From: Eledone cirrhosa
Taxonomy: Eukaryota
NCBI GenBank assembly: GCA_964016885.1
Contig: OZ024754.1
Coordinates: 11,904,001 to 11,968,000 of the forward strand
Length of the DNA: 64,000 nucleotides
Reading direction: 5' to 3'
A program made the position numbers and the translations under genes. The notes under the pieces are model-generated. The model was given only the letters and a program-made list of their open reading frames with translations. It did no database searches and was not told the DNA's origin. The stretch's first letter is position 1; each line of letters begins with the position of its first letter. Shown in pieces: positions 26,845 to 39,548 of the stretch.

Positions 26845-26898
26845 CTTTTTTTGTTTAATATAAGGAACTGTTTCATTGTTTTATTCATTATTTGTTTA

Positions 26899-26942
<44 letters not shown>

Positions 26943-26959
26943 AAATCTATTTCTTCTAG

Positions 26960-27090
26960 TGCCAGTTGTGGCTGTGAAAACTCCTTTATAAGCAGTGTTC
27001 AACGTTTTGATAAATTATGTGATGTAACATGTGAAACTGCTCCAGCCGACAGGTGTGGAGGTGCAGGTGTAGTATCTGTTTATGATACAG
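26960..27090 (+). CDS. WSC-domain membrane protein, exon (WSC3 C-half)
   Basis: ttcttctag acceptor, gtgag donor; ASCGCENSFISSVQRFDKLCDVTCETAPADRCGGAGVVSVYDT; phase 2 to 1. Confidence 0.9.
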
Positions 27091-27162
27091 GTGAGAGCCT
27101 CTCAGCAAAACCTATATATTATATGTATTTTTTTATATTAAATGTTCTATACAATATATATC

Positions 27163-28453
27163 CAGGGTGCGGACGATATTTGTTCGCAAGATTACTGTCT
27201 AGGAAAAAATAACACAGTAGTTTTATTTTTTAAGATATATTTATCAAACTTGGGTCAGTTTGTCTTCATGACTTGTTCTTTCGATCTCACTTGATAAATC
27301 CGTCATTGGCTTTGATGATGGCCTCAAGGCGGCCTCGGAACTGGCTACAGGCCTTCGTCACTGTTCCCCGACTTAGGCCCCTAAAGGCACTTGTGATCCT
27401 GGCCTTCAGATCGTCTTTCGTATTGCAGCTAGATCTGTTGGTGTCTCGTTCCACTGCGCCCCACACAAAGAAGTCGAGGGGGTTGCAGTCAGGCGAGCTG
27501 GGAGGCCAGATGTCAGGTGAAGTGTGGTCGAAGGCTTGGGTCTTTCGGCTGGTATGGCAGGGCGCCGAGTCTTGTTTCCACACGTACGGCCTACCTGCAG
27601 CTACCTGGTCGATCCAGGGCTTTACTACCTCGCTCAGAACGCAGATGTAGCCATCGGTGTTCAGCTTGAGGCCCTCAGGGAAGAAGTGAGGTGGCACGAC
27701 GTCACTTTGACTGCTGACGTCACCTTGACTGCTGACGACACCTAAGACCAATGTTGTCGCTGGAAACTTTGTCTGCATGACTCTAGGCACGTCTTTGGAT
27801 GAGACAGCGAGCCACCTATTGTTCTGGGAGTTATCTTCTGGTCTTGGCAGAAGTTTTTTCTCGTCGGAGAAAAACCACAGCATATCTGGCTCCAGTGGGT
27901 GTTTCAACTTGTTGATCAGCTTCATTGTGTGCTTCAGTCGCTTTTCTTGCATCGTCTTTGACAGAAATTGTCCTTTCCTCATCTTGTATGAAATGTAGCG
28001 AATGTCTTCATGTACCACCAGCCTAATGAGCTTTTCATCCACGCCTTTCTCCCTTGCAATGGCACGCATCGACTTGCTAGGTTCATTGTTGATGATATCC
28101 TGAACTCGGGCGTTCTGAAGGCGTCAGATCGTCGATCATGTGTTTTCCTCGCTGATGTTGCTTCGTAGTCGAATCCTGAATCTTCCAATACCTTTCTGAC
28201 CTTTTCCACCATTCTCCTGCTGACGCTGAGAAAGTCTGAAATTTCCTTATTTGTCCTCCCGGCGCGGATTCCAAGTAGAACTCTGTGTCTCTTCCACAAA
28301 TTTGGAGCTTCAAAATTATTCTTAATCAATTATTCTGAAAATAAATAATGGAAATATAGTCACTGTTTTTATGAAGACAAGAGTGACAACGGAAGTAAAA
28401 AAAATTTGCATAAAATTAGCAGTTGAAAATTGCGAACACATATCGTCCACACC

Positions 28454-28456
<3 letters not shown>
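27163..28456 (-). mobile_element. Tc1/mariner (maT, DD37D-like) transposon, full length but frameshifted
   Basis: TIRs CAGGGTGCGGACGATATTTGTTCGCAA / TTGCGAACACATATCGTCCACACCCTG followed by TA; ORFs 27979-28329 and 27287-28069 with FSDEK, QDSAPCH, WPPSSPDCNPLD. Confidence 0.92.
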
Positions 28457-28525
<69 letters not shown>

Positions 28526-28674
28526 ATGTATATGTATATATATATATATATATATGTGTATGTGTGTGTGCATGTGTGTATGTATATGTATATGTATATA
28601 TATATATGTATGTATATGTATATATATATGTATGTATATGTGTATATATATATGTTTGTATGTATATATGTATG

Positions 28675-28717
<43 letters not shown>

Positions 28718-28779
28718 TTTTTTTTTTTTTTAAAATTTATTTATTATTATTAGTATTATTATTTTTTTTTAATTTAATT

Positions 28780-28810
<31 letters not shown>

Positions 28811-28994
28811 TTTTTTCTTGTGCAATGGCCATACTCGATAACGAGGGGGCAGCCATCATGTATATATATATATATATGAATGTATGTATGTATATATATA
28901 TATATGAATATGAATGTATGTATGTATGTATATTATGCATATATATATATATATATGTATGTATATTATGTATATGTGTATGTATATTATGTAT

Positions 28995-29370
28995 ATGTGG
29001 GAACTCGGGTCTTCTGTATTACTGCGTAACACCAGAGGTCACGGTCCTGTGTCATCGCCTTTGAGAGGTGCAATTGGGCAACGTCAGTTTTTATCACCAT
29101 ATCCCAGGTCTTCTTGGGTCTCCCCACTCCAAGGCTTCCATCAACTTCTAGTGCTCTGCCCCTTTTTATGCAGCTGTCATCCTTCATACACATCACATGT
29201 CCATATCAACGCAATCTCCTCTCCTGCACACAACTCTTATGCTTAGCCTCTCTCTCAATTCGTTTATGCTTTGCCGTTCGCGTATATTACTATTACACAT
29301 CCACTGGAGCATGCAAGCTTTGTTTCTTTCTGATCTACACAAGTCTTCTGCACACTACGACCAGGTCTCA
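28995..29370 (-). mobile_element. RTE LINE 3' fragment
   Basis: MKDDSCIKR..GVGRPKKTWD. Confidence 0.85.
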
Positions 29371-30275
29371 CTACTGTATGCTGATGATCTAGTACTTCTA
29401 GCAGAATCAGTAGAGGAGCTAGAGAAGAAATTCTGGCTATGGAAACAGCAGTTAGAATCAAGAGGACTGAGAGTGAGCCTAGCAAAGACTAAAGTGTTGA
29501 TAAGTAGGGAAGAGGACAAAACTCTGATTCCATCAGGGAAATGGCCATGTTCGATATGTAGAAAAGGAGTTGGTATAAACTCTATAGAATGTACACAATG
29601 CATATCTTGGGTACACAAGAAGTGTAGTGGGACAGCAGGCAAACTAACAGGAAGGGAAAACTTCATATGCAGTAATGTTCAGGGAAATTTGATAGTAGAA
29701 GTGTCAGTGATAGGCACATTTTTCAAATGCAGGTAGGATCTATAGAGGTGGTTGATAGCTTCCGATACCTAGGTGATCAGATTAGCAAGGGAGGGGGATG
29801 CTCCATGGCCATAGTATCTAGAATAAGGACAGGATAGAAGAAGTTTAGGGAGCTACTTCCTCTGTTGATAATGAAAGGTTTCTCCTTATGAATGAAAGGT
29901 CGGTTATATGATGCCTGCATGAGATGCACGATGCTGCATGGTAGTGAGACATGGGCTGCAACTGCGGAGGATATGTGACGGCTGGAGAGAAATGAAGCAA
30001 GCATGCTCCGATGGATGTGTAATTTCAATGTGCATAAACAACCAAGCATAGACGAGTTGAGAGAGAAACTTTGTATAAGAAGGATAAACTGTAGTGTGCG
30101 GGAGAGAAGACTGCATTGGTATGGCCATGTGATGTGTATGGAAGATGACCGTTGAGTTAAGAAGTGCCAAGAAATCCTGGTGGAAGGATGATGCAGTAGA
30201 GGAAGACTACGAAAAACATGGGCAGAGGTGGTGAGAGCTGAAGGTTACAGAGGAGATGACGAAGGACCACCATGA
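29371..30275 (+). mobile_element. RTE LINE fragment, degenerate, fused head-to-head to the preceding fragment
   Basis: LLYADDLVL, PHD-like CSIC..C..C..H..C, YLG; internal stops. Confidence 0.88.
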
Positions 30276-30640
30276 AATTTTAGGATCTTGGCATGTTTGA
30301 AAGGATCCTATTATGGATTGGCAGTATCGGTAGAGCATCAGACAACATGCTTTGTGACATAGTCCTTAGTTCAACTCCCGCTGAGGTTAGCTTTGCCTTT
30401 CATCCTCGCAAGGTCGATAAAATAAAGTACCAGTATTGTGCTGGGGGGTTGATTTAATCGACTTTCACCTTCCCTAAATTTGTTGGCCTTCTGCCTTAAT
30501 CAGAAACCAGTTATATTATATCTTCAATGCTTCAACTACATTATATAGGAGATAAACATGTTTCATCTACCTGACACCCACCTCACAACTTTACCTTTCT
30601 CTTTATCGACCGCTGATTTCTGCCTTTGTGGGTATTCTTA

Positions 30641-31897
30641 CCGGACTTACATGTTGTTATTGATGGCATTCAACTGTTTTAACAGCTGTTGCTTGCATTC
30701 CCAGACTTACATGTTGTTATTGATGGCATTCAACTGTTTTAACAGCTGTTGCTTGCATTCCCAGACTTACATGTTGTTATTGATGGCATTCAACTGTTTT
30801 AACAGCTGTTGCTTGCATTCCCAGACTTACATGTTGTTATTGATGGCATTCAACTGTTTTAACAGCTGTTGCTTGCATTCCCAGACTTACATGTTGTTAT
30901 TGATGGCATTCAACTGTTTTAACAGCTGTTGCTTGCATTCCCAGACTTACATGTTGTTATTGATGGCATTCAACTGTTTTAACAGCTGTTGCTTGCATTC
31001 CCAGACTTACATGTTGTTATTGATGGCATTCAACTGTTTTAACAGCTGTTGCTTGCATTCCCGGACTTACATGTTGTTATTGATGGCATTCAACTGTTTT
31101 AACAGCTGTTGCTTGCATTCCCAGACTTACATGTTGTTATTGATGGCATTCAACTGTTTTAACAGCTGTTGCTTGCATTCCCGGACTTACATGTTGTTAT
31201 TGATGGCATTCAACTGTTTTAACAGCTGTTGCTTGCATTCCCAGACTTACATGTTGTTATTGATGGCATTCAACTGTTTTAACAGCTGTTGCTTGCATTC
31301 CCAGACTTACATGTTGTTATTGATGGCATTCAACTGTTTTAACAGCTGTTGCTTGCATTCCCAGACTTACATGTTGTTATTGATGGCATTCAACTGTTTT
31401 AACAGCTGTTGCTTGCATTCCCAGACTTACATGTTATTGATGGCATTCAACTGTTTTAACAGCTGTTGCTTGCATTCCCAGACTTACATGTTGTTATTGA
31501 TGGCATTCAACTGTTTTAACAGCTGTTGCTTGCATTCCCAGACTTACATGTTGTTATTGATGGCATTCAACTGTTTTAACAGCTGTTGCTTGCATTCCCG
31601 GACTTACATGTTGTTATTGATGGCATTCAACTGTTTTAACAGCTGTTGCTTGCATTCCCGGACTTACATGTTGTTATTGATGGCATTCAACTGTTTTAAC
31701 AGCTGTTGCTTGCATTCCCAGACTTACATGTTGTTATTGATGGCATTCAACTGTTTTAGCAGCTGTTGCTTGCATTCCCGGACTTACATGTTGTTATTGA
31801 TGGCATTCAACTGTTTTAACAGCTGTTGCTTGCATTCCCAGACTTACATGTTGTTATTGATGGCATTCAACTGTTTTAGCAGCTGTTGCTTGCATTC
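30641..31897. repeat. 60-bp minisatellite, 21 near-identical copies
   Basis: CC(A/G)GACTTACATGTTGTTATTGATGGCATTCAACTGTTTTAACAGCTGTTGCTTGCATTC; one unit has a 3-bp deletion. Confidence 0.97.
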
Positions 31898-31946
31898 AAG
31901 TTTTCAAATTATTCCTATAAATAAAAATGTCACTGTTTTCTTCTAG

Positions 31947-31997
31947 CTATTCGTACCCGCCAAGTTGATCTATCTGGAGTAGACAGTGAAGCCAGGG
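31947..31997 (+). CDS. Candidate linker exon of the WSC protein
   Basis: gttttcttctag acceptor, weak gtagat donor; AIRTRQVDLSGVDSEAR; symmetric phase 1-1. Confidence 0.45.
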
Positions 31998-33268
31998 GTA
32001 GATATACTATTTTCTTTTCCCTTTTTCTCTCTATATATATTCCATTGTTGTTTTCAAATTATATTTTAATATGTCTTTACAACTGCTAGATTCTGATTTA
32101 TTTATAATTAGAGGTTGAAACATTCAAAGTAGATATTTTCAAAATTGTATTGTATCAAATCTTATCGTAGGCTTTCATCTGCTGATAGAATCATAGGTGT
32201 GCTATTGTGAAATATACTGTCATAGGCATTTAAATCTGGTAGTCCATCCCTCTTCACATCTGACCATAACTGATTTCTTCCAACTAGGTGGTTTACTTTC
32301 GTCATAGACACAAAGCTGTTGCAGTTTGTTAGGGAACTTTTTCCACTTTGATCGGGAAATTTGTAATGGAAGTTGCAGCTTTGCCTTGTTTGGCAGGTGG
32401 ATAAAGTCTGGGAGTTTTTCTAGGTTTTCTGGCTTCACCCAAAACGATCTCTAGGCTAATCTGAGACTGGTTCTCTTGCTTAATCCTCCTCACATCCAGG
32501 TACCTGTCAACCTCCACGAGGACAAGATCTACCATATGTCAAAATATGGTTGACACTTGATATTCTTAGTCTGACTGCTCTCCTTGAGAGGTTTGTGAAG
32601 AAGAATCAAACTCCTCGCTGGAATGGGGGACCACTGGGTGTTGTCATGTGATGTCTTCACTTCTGAAGTATCTTTACATTGGCAAACCACCTTGTTCTTG
32701 CTACATAGTACATATCTGACTATATTTCTCTCAGAACCTTCTCCACTTGAGAACCTGATGCTATTTCCAGGTGTTAGTTTCACTTCAATACACAGTAGTA
32801 GGAAACTGCTATTTCCTTTTTTGCCATTTCTGCAGTTCTTCTATCGTCCATTCTCACAATTCATTTGGCCTGGGATAATTTGACATCTTTGTTGGCAAGA
32901 GATAATGAATAAAGTTCTTTTAGAGCATTTGTTATTGTCTTTTGTTGTTATTGTTTCAGTTAGGTGTCACAACAAAAAGCACTCAATACTCACTGTAAAT
33001 GAGGTTGGCGTTAGGAAGGGCATCCAGCTGTAGAAACCAAGCCAAAATCAGTTCTGTATGAGCAAGGCATGGTCAACAGTAGGACAACTCATCTAACCCA
33101 TGCTAGTGTGAAAAAATGGATGTAAAACGGTGATGATGATGATGTTACTGATGATGTTTCTTGTTGTTGTCGTTTATGTTGTTGTTAATATTGTTGTTGT
33201 ATATTTCATTAATAATGTTATTAGTGGTGGTGGTATCATTATCTCCTGCCAGAGAGAGAGAGAGAGGG

Positions 33269-33300
<32 letters not shown>

Positions 33301-33477
33301 AGGGGAGGGAGAGAGAGAGGGAGAGAGATAGAGAGAGAGAAAATAAATTCACTGTATACATTAGTAAGCCTGTTAACACAGCACATTGATTATAATTTAC
33401 AGCTTAAAAAAATATATATATATATCATCATCATCATCATCATCATCATCATTTTACGTCCGTTTTTCCTTGCTTGC

Positions 33478-33508
<31 letters not shown>

Positions 33509-33735
33509 GCAGAGGTTATATTTAATTTGTTGGGATTCAACAAGCTTAAAAAATTTTTATAACTGATATAAAGCACTCAACATTGAGTGGAGTAAATATA
33601 CTTTTACATACTCAATCATAACTTTCTATCACCCTCAATAAATATAATATCTCCACTCTCCAGGAAGCTCCAACCGGTAAGGTTGTCTTTTTTTAAGGGT
33701 ATGTCAATATTTATTTATAAAACTAATCTGTATTG

Positions 33736-33798
33736 TATTTTATCTGATGAAAGCACACCATAATTTGCCTTGGTGGCCCTTGAAATATGTATAAAATA
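33736..33798 (+). ncRNA. Type-I hammerhead motif in element 33510-33840 (family of 58800-59145)
   Basis: tattttat-CTGATGA-aag..cacca...tggtg..ctt-GAAA-TATG-TA-taaaata. Confidence 0.6.
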
Positions 33799-33836
33799 AA
33801 TATGGTTTTATAAATATAGTTTCTATTTGTTAATAT

Positions 33837-33867
<31 letters not shown>

Positions 33868-33990
33868 GAAGATAGACATAGAATATTCGAAAATATTCTG
33901 TATGTTTATAATAAACATTTTGAAGACCTAATCGCTATAGAATAGAATACGTCACGTATTACAATTAGATTCTCGATAAAAGCAAGGGAA

Positions 33991-34033
33991 GTAACCTACG
34001 CGTTTCATTCTTATTAGAAATCTTCAGGATTAC
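33991..34033 (-). ncRNA. Minimal type-I hammerhead ribozyme
   Basis: Reverse complement of 34499-34541; partial copy at 34301-34331. Confidence 0.88.
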
Positions 34034-34498
34034 ATATCCAGTGCTTTTATCGAGAATGACACAGCTAGAGACTTATAGAATACTTAGCTGTGTACAGGAA
34101 CTGGTTTGAAAGAGCGGTTGCCGGTCCGGCAGAAATTAGAAATTGGAATAAATGCTCTGAAATAGCGATATATATGTGAAGATAGACATAGAATATTCGA
34201 AAATATTCTGTATGTTTATAATAGACATTTTGAAGACCTAATCGCTATAGAATAGAATACGTCACGTATTACAATTAGATTCTCGATAAAAGCAAGGGAA
34301 GTAACCTACGCGTTTCATTCTTATTAGAAATTTCTAATAAGAATTTCTAATTTCTAATAAGAATTTCTAATAAGAATTTCTAATAAGAATTTCTAATTTC
34401 TGCCGGACCGGCAACCGCTCTTTCAAACCAGTTCCTGTACACAGCTAAGTATTCTATAAGTCTCTAGCTGTGTCATTCTCGATAAAAGCACTGGATAT

Positions 34499-34541
34499 GT
34501 AATCCTGAAGATTTCTAATAAGAATGAAACGCGTAGGTTAC
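34499..34541 (+). ncRNA. Minimal type-I hammerhead ribozyme
   Basis: GTAATC-CTGAAGA-T-TTCT aata AGAA-T-GAAA-CGCG-TA-GGTTAC; palindromic ACGCGT stem III, GUA site. Confidence 0.9.
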
Positions 34542-34721
34542 TTCCCTTGCTTTTATCGAGAATCTAATTGTAATACGTGACGTATTCTATTCTATAGCGA
34601 TTAGGTCTTCAAAATGTTTATTATAAACATACAGAATATTTTCGAATATTCTATGTCTATCTTCACATATATATCGCTATTTCAGAGCATTTATTCCAAT
34701 ATATATATATATATATATATA

Positions 34722-34772
<51 letters not shown>

Positions 34773-35136
34773 AGGGCGGGTAAAATTCCTGAGATCCATG
34801 GATGAGTTCTCTCCAGTGGTCTCTGTCCTTCATCATTGTCACCATGTCCTGCATCTCCTAGAGACCAGTGTCTGTCCTCAGGGCATCAATATATGTCAAC
34901 CTTGGTCTCATGTATATATGCATACACATATACACATATACACATATACATATATACACATATACATCATCATCATTTTACGTCCACTTTTCCCTGCTTG
35001 CAAGGGTTGGACATATATAGCCATATACACAAATATATACATACATATATAAACACATATATACACACATATATACACACACATATATATACATATGCAC
35101 ACACACACACATATATACATATACACATATACATAC

Positions 35137-35173
<37 letters not shown>

Positions 35174-35541
35174 TGTACACATACATATATACTCACACCG
35201 CAAACATACACACATATACACATCCACACACAAACATACACACATTTATATATATACATGTATATATATATATACATACACACACACAGATACAAATACA
35301 TACCCATACACATATATACACATATATACACATATATACACATACATACACATACATATATATAAATAAAAAAGTCCTATGCGAGCAAGACAACCACTCT
35401 TGCCTCAAGTGGGAAAACTCCCGTCCAAACCCATGCAAGCGTGGAATATGGACGTTAAACGATGATGATGATGGTGATGATGATGAAAAGATATCCATGC
35501 ACGCACACACACATACATCCACACAAGAAAGGATATCAATC

Positions 35542-35965
35542 TTACAGAGATAGTGCTCTTCTCAATACGTGTGCAGTACCAGTCAAAACAATTGTTTGCA
35601 CCTCGTGCAGAGAGGGTAAACCAGGAATCATTCGCAAATATTGTTCTGTTCCTTTCTTGATCATTCCCAGTCCTCCCACAATTACTGGTATTGTAACGGC
35701 CTTGAGGTGCCACATTTTCTCAATTTCAATGAGCAGATCTTTATATTTTATTATCTTGTCGAATTCTTTTGCCGCGATATTGTGATCACATGGGATGCTC
35801 ATATCTATCAACAAACATACCTTGTTATGTTGATCTTTTATAATGATGTCAGGTCTATTAGCTTTTATGGTTTGGTCAGTATGTACAGGAAAGTCCCAAA
35901 GAATTGTTACTGTTTCTCCTTCAGTTACAGCCTCAGGGTGATGGTTGTACCACTTGTCAGCAGCA
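35542..35965 (-). mobile_element. R4/Dong-like LINE restriction-like endonuclease fragment
   Basis: KWYNHHPE..ILWDFPVHTD..NRPDII..LIDMSIP..K..KYKDL..IPVIVGGLG. Confidence 0.88.
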
Positions 35966-37169
35966 GGACGGATCTGGCTATCGACTGACTCCATTGTGAA
36001 GGTTACACTCACCACTTCTTTTCGCCAGGAAGGACAGGCAGTTATCCTTTGTCTGGTGGCTGTAGCGAAAGAGGTTGTGGTTGAAAGGATTGAAGGCAGA
36101 CACTTTCCTATTTGGTTGAACCCTCATCAACGACACCTCTTCAACTCCATCAGGTGTCAAGGATCGCTACATACATACTGTCCAGTTTGTGCTCCTATTG
36201 TCATGTTAATGTCTTTTACATGCTTGCACATGATCAATACTTTTTAAAGTGACTACCAGCTGGATGTATGTGATTAGTTTATTGAATCAATTTAAACGTT
36301 CGTATAGAGCTAGTAAGCCACGACAGACTAGGGGAAGTATCTAATACTTTTTACAAAAAAAACAAAAAAAAAAAAACAACAGATACACAGATATAAGAAT
36401 ATAAAAATAAAAATAGAAATTTAAATTAAAAAAAGTAATAAATTTAAATAGGGGAGGCCAAACGGGAGGCAAAATAAGCACAAAAAAAGATAAAGAAAAA
36501 TAGGAAGGAAGTAGTTATTTCATATGAAGCATTGTAGAATATGTGGTTAGAATTGGTTCTGGAAAGCTGGTAGAATGTAAGTTAGAAATAAAGGAAATGA
36601 AACTAGTGTAAACTAATAGAAACAAAAGAAAACAAAACAACAGTTCCTTCTTTTACCTTATATTTCATGGTATTTCAGCAGCAAAGTTCAGATTGCTACC
36701 CTCACACTATATTTTCTTTCTTTTGGAAAAAGTTTTCCTTACTTCAAAATAAGGTAAAAGTGTAAACTGGTGTTTGTTTTGTTTTACTCTAGTTTTCAGA
36801 TCTTAATTTCTTATTTGTATTATATACACCAGCTTTCCCCAAACCACCATAACCACACAACATCACAATACTTCATTTGAATATTTTCATAGCAGGGAGT
36901 AAGTTGATTGGGGGCATCATCATCATCATCATCATCATCATCATTTTACGTCCGCTTTTCCCTGCTAAATCTTAAATGTTTCTTTATTCTAGAAAATTTG
37001 TTAACATTAAGTTGCCGATAGAGTAATCCCACTTAATATATTATGCATTGTGAAGGGAAGCAATTCATAAAAATTTCTAGTATGTTAAAGGTTAAGAGAA
37101 CTAATTAAATGTTCAACTTTCAGTTAGGCAGCCCAGCTAGATATGGTTTTATTGAGATAAAGTGAAGAG

Positions 37170-38040
37170 AAATTAAATGGCTAGAGAGAGAAAGTTGTGT
37201 TGAGAGAATCCCACATTCTCTATATCTGGTGGGCACTCAAGAAGCTAGGAATAGTTGAATGGCTTGTGAAAGCTGTAGAAGCCATGTATAGGAGTACGGC
37301 TAGCAAGGTGAGGGTTAACAATGAATACAGGGAAGCCTCCTATTTATTACAGTCTTCCAGGCCATAAAAGAGGAATTCATGACTGGATGTCCATGGGAAC
37401 TCCTGTATGCTGATGATCTAGCCCTCGGCAGAAATTATTGAAGAATTAGGGCAGAAGTTCCAGACATGGAAACAAAATCTGGAATCAAGTAAACATAGTA
37501 AAGACTAAAGTTTTAGTAAATAGCAAAGATGATAGGACTCTGATACCCTCAGGTAAATGGCCATGTTTGATATGCCAAAAAGGAGTAAGTAGAAACTCCA
37601 TACAGTGCACTCAGTGTGGACATTGAATGCATGGGAGGTGTAGCAGGATCACATATACGCTGGCAGAGAAGATAGGCTTCCTATATGGCAGGATGACAGG
37701 AGTAGGCAACAAGATGATTACTCAGGAAACTAGCCTCTTCAAATACTTGGAAAGCTCACTAGAATTAGTAGAAAGTTTTTGCTATCTAGGTGACCTCATT
37801 AACAGTGGGTGTGGATATACTGAAAGTGTTGTAACCAGAGAAACGAGAGCGGAAGAAGTTCAGAAAGATGTTACCTCAGCTGACAACAAAAGACATTTCT
37901 CTCAATATGAAGGGCAGAGTATGTGATGGTTGTATTTGAACTGCTATAGTGCATGTCAGCAAGATATGGCTCTTGAGTGCAGAAGATCTGTGGCAGCTAA
38001 AAAGAAATGAAGCATACTTGCTTCACTGAATCTGTTATGT
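37170..38040 (+). mobile_element. Highly degenerate RTE LINE
   Basis: IWWALKKLG, CPWELLYADDL and FCYLGD remnants with many stops. Confidence 0.8.
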
Positions 38041-38044
38041 TATT

Positions 38045-39050
38045 CATCATCATCATCATCATCATCGTTTAACGTCCATCTTCCACGCTTGCATGGGTTT
38101 GGATGGGAATTTTCCCACTTGAGGCAAGATTGGTTGTCTTGCTCGTATAGGACTGTCTGGCGGGTTTTCTACGGCTGGATGCCCTTCCTAACACCAACCA
38201 CGTTTACAGTGCGGACTGGGAGGTTTTTACCGTGTTACCTACACGGCCACATTACAGCGTGGACTGTGTGTTTTTTTGTCGTGACACCTACACGACCTCA
38301 TTTATTTCGGACTGGATGTTGTGGTACCGACATAACTTTACATTGAAAGGGGTGGTGTGGATGGGGTGGGGGGTGGGGTGGGACGGGGGTGTATTTTTGT
38401 TAAGAGGTGCCTACTGACTGTAGGTTTCGCTTTGTACTTAGGCAAGGCGGGTCTTCTGTATTACTGTGTAGCGCCAAAGATCTCGGTCCAGTGACATTGT
38501 CTTGGAGAGGTGTAAGTGTGTGAGGTCGGAATTTATCAAGTTGTCCCAGGTTTTTCTGGGTCTGCCTACTCCATGGCTACCGTCTATTTTTATTGCCCTG
38601 CACTTTTTTATACAGCTGTCGTCTTTCATGTACATCACGTGACCATACCAACGTAGTCTTCTCTCGAGTAAACAACATCTGATCCCTCTTATTCCTAATT
38701 TCTCCCTTAGTTCATTTATGCTTTGCCGTTCACGTATATTACTATTACACATCCAGCGGAGCATGCAAGCTTCGTTCTTCTTCAGTCTGCGTATATCCTC
38801 TGCACACAATGCCCAGGTCTCACTGCCATGTAACATTGCTGTTCGTATGCAGGCATCATACAGCCTGCCTTTCATTTTTAGAGAGAAACCTTTAGTGGCC
38901 AATAGTGGTATAAGCTCTCTGAACTTTTTCCATCCCGTTCTGTCTCTAGCTACTGTACTTTCAGAGCACCCTCCACCACTGATGATTTTGTCACCCAGGT
39001 AACGGAAGGTGTCCACTATTTCTATAGGACCATCTGTGCAATGGAATCTG
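38045..39050 (-). mobile_element. RTE LINE 3' part with UTR
   Basis: ORF 38438-39055 closely matches the C-terminus of 4614-6581; (CAT)n tail. Confidence 0.93.
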
Positions 39051-39548
39051 TTCAATTATTATATATATATATGTAATGTTTAATGTTTTGAATTTTTTTC
39101 CATAGAAAAGAGATTTGTTTCCATGAAAGAAAGTTTGCTCACTGAATTTAGATAACAACTATAGTAAAATATATGTGTATAGATTTAGAAAAGTCTTGCA
39201 TATGTTCATTGTTCTACTTACAAATTGGTGAAGGCGTGTAGCTTAGTGGTTCGGGTGTTTGGCTCATAAGCATAAGATTGTGTGATTCCTAGAGGCACAT
39301 TGTGTCCACATGTTGCTCCAGTCAACTCAGCTGGAGGAAATGAGCTTTACCTCTAATTATGGGGCCAGCCTCGTCATACACTGTATGATGCTGAATCTCC
39401 CTGAGAACTATGCTAAGAGTGCCTGAATCTCTGGAAAGCTCAACCACTCACACTATAACATGAAGTGTACCTGTAATTCAAAGGGCCAGCATTGGCATAC
39501 ACCTTGTTTTTTCTTATTAATGATTCTAATTTTTCTCATAATTTCCAG

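Larger units (their letters stand above)
21286..26907. mobile_element. 5.6-kb element with about 1.55-kb near-identical inverted arms carrying hammerheads (Penelope-like inverted pLTR structure)
   Basis: 21286-22847 is the reverse complement of 25360-26907; non-coding AT-rich spacer; short relative at 14673-14840. Confidence 0.8.
33867..34700. mobile_element. Retrozyme/Penelope-like element: 1.5 x 310-bp tandem units plus an inverted, circularly permuted unit
   Basis: Unit starts at 33867 and 34177; inverted copy about 34391-34700; (TA)n flanks; diverged relative at 63770-64000. Confidence 0.82.

Noticed and set aside
31850-31915. Minus-strand exon with its donor repeated through the 60-bp array
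   Set aside because: Stops in all three frames after the acceptor
30558-31946. 462-aa repetitive ORF, or a CRISPR-like array
   Set aside because: Translation of a 60-bp minisatellite; units are contiguous with no unique spacers and there are no cas genes
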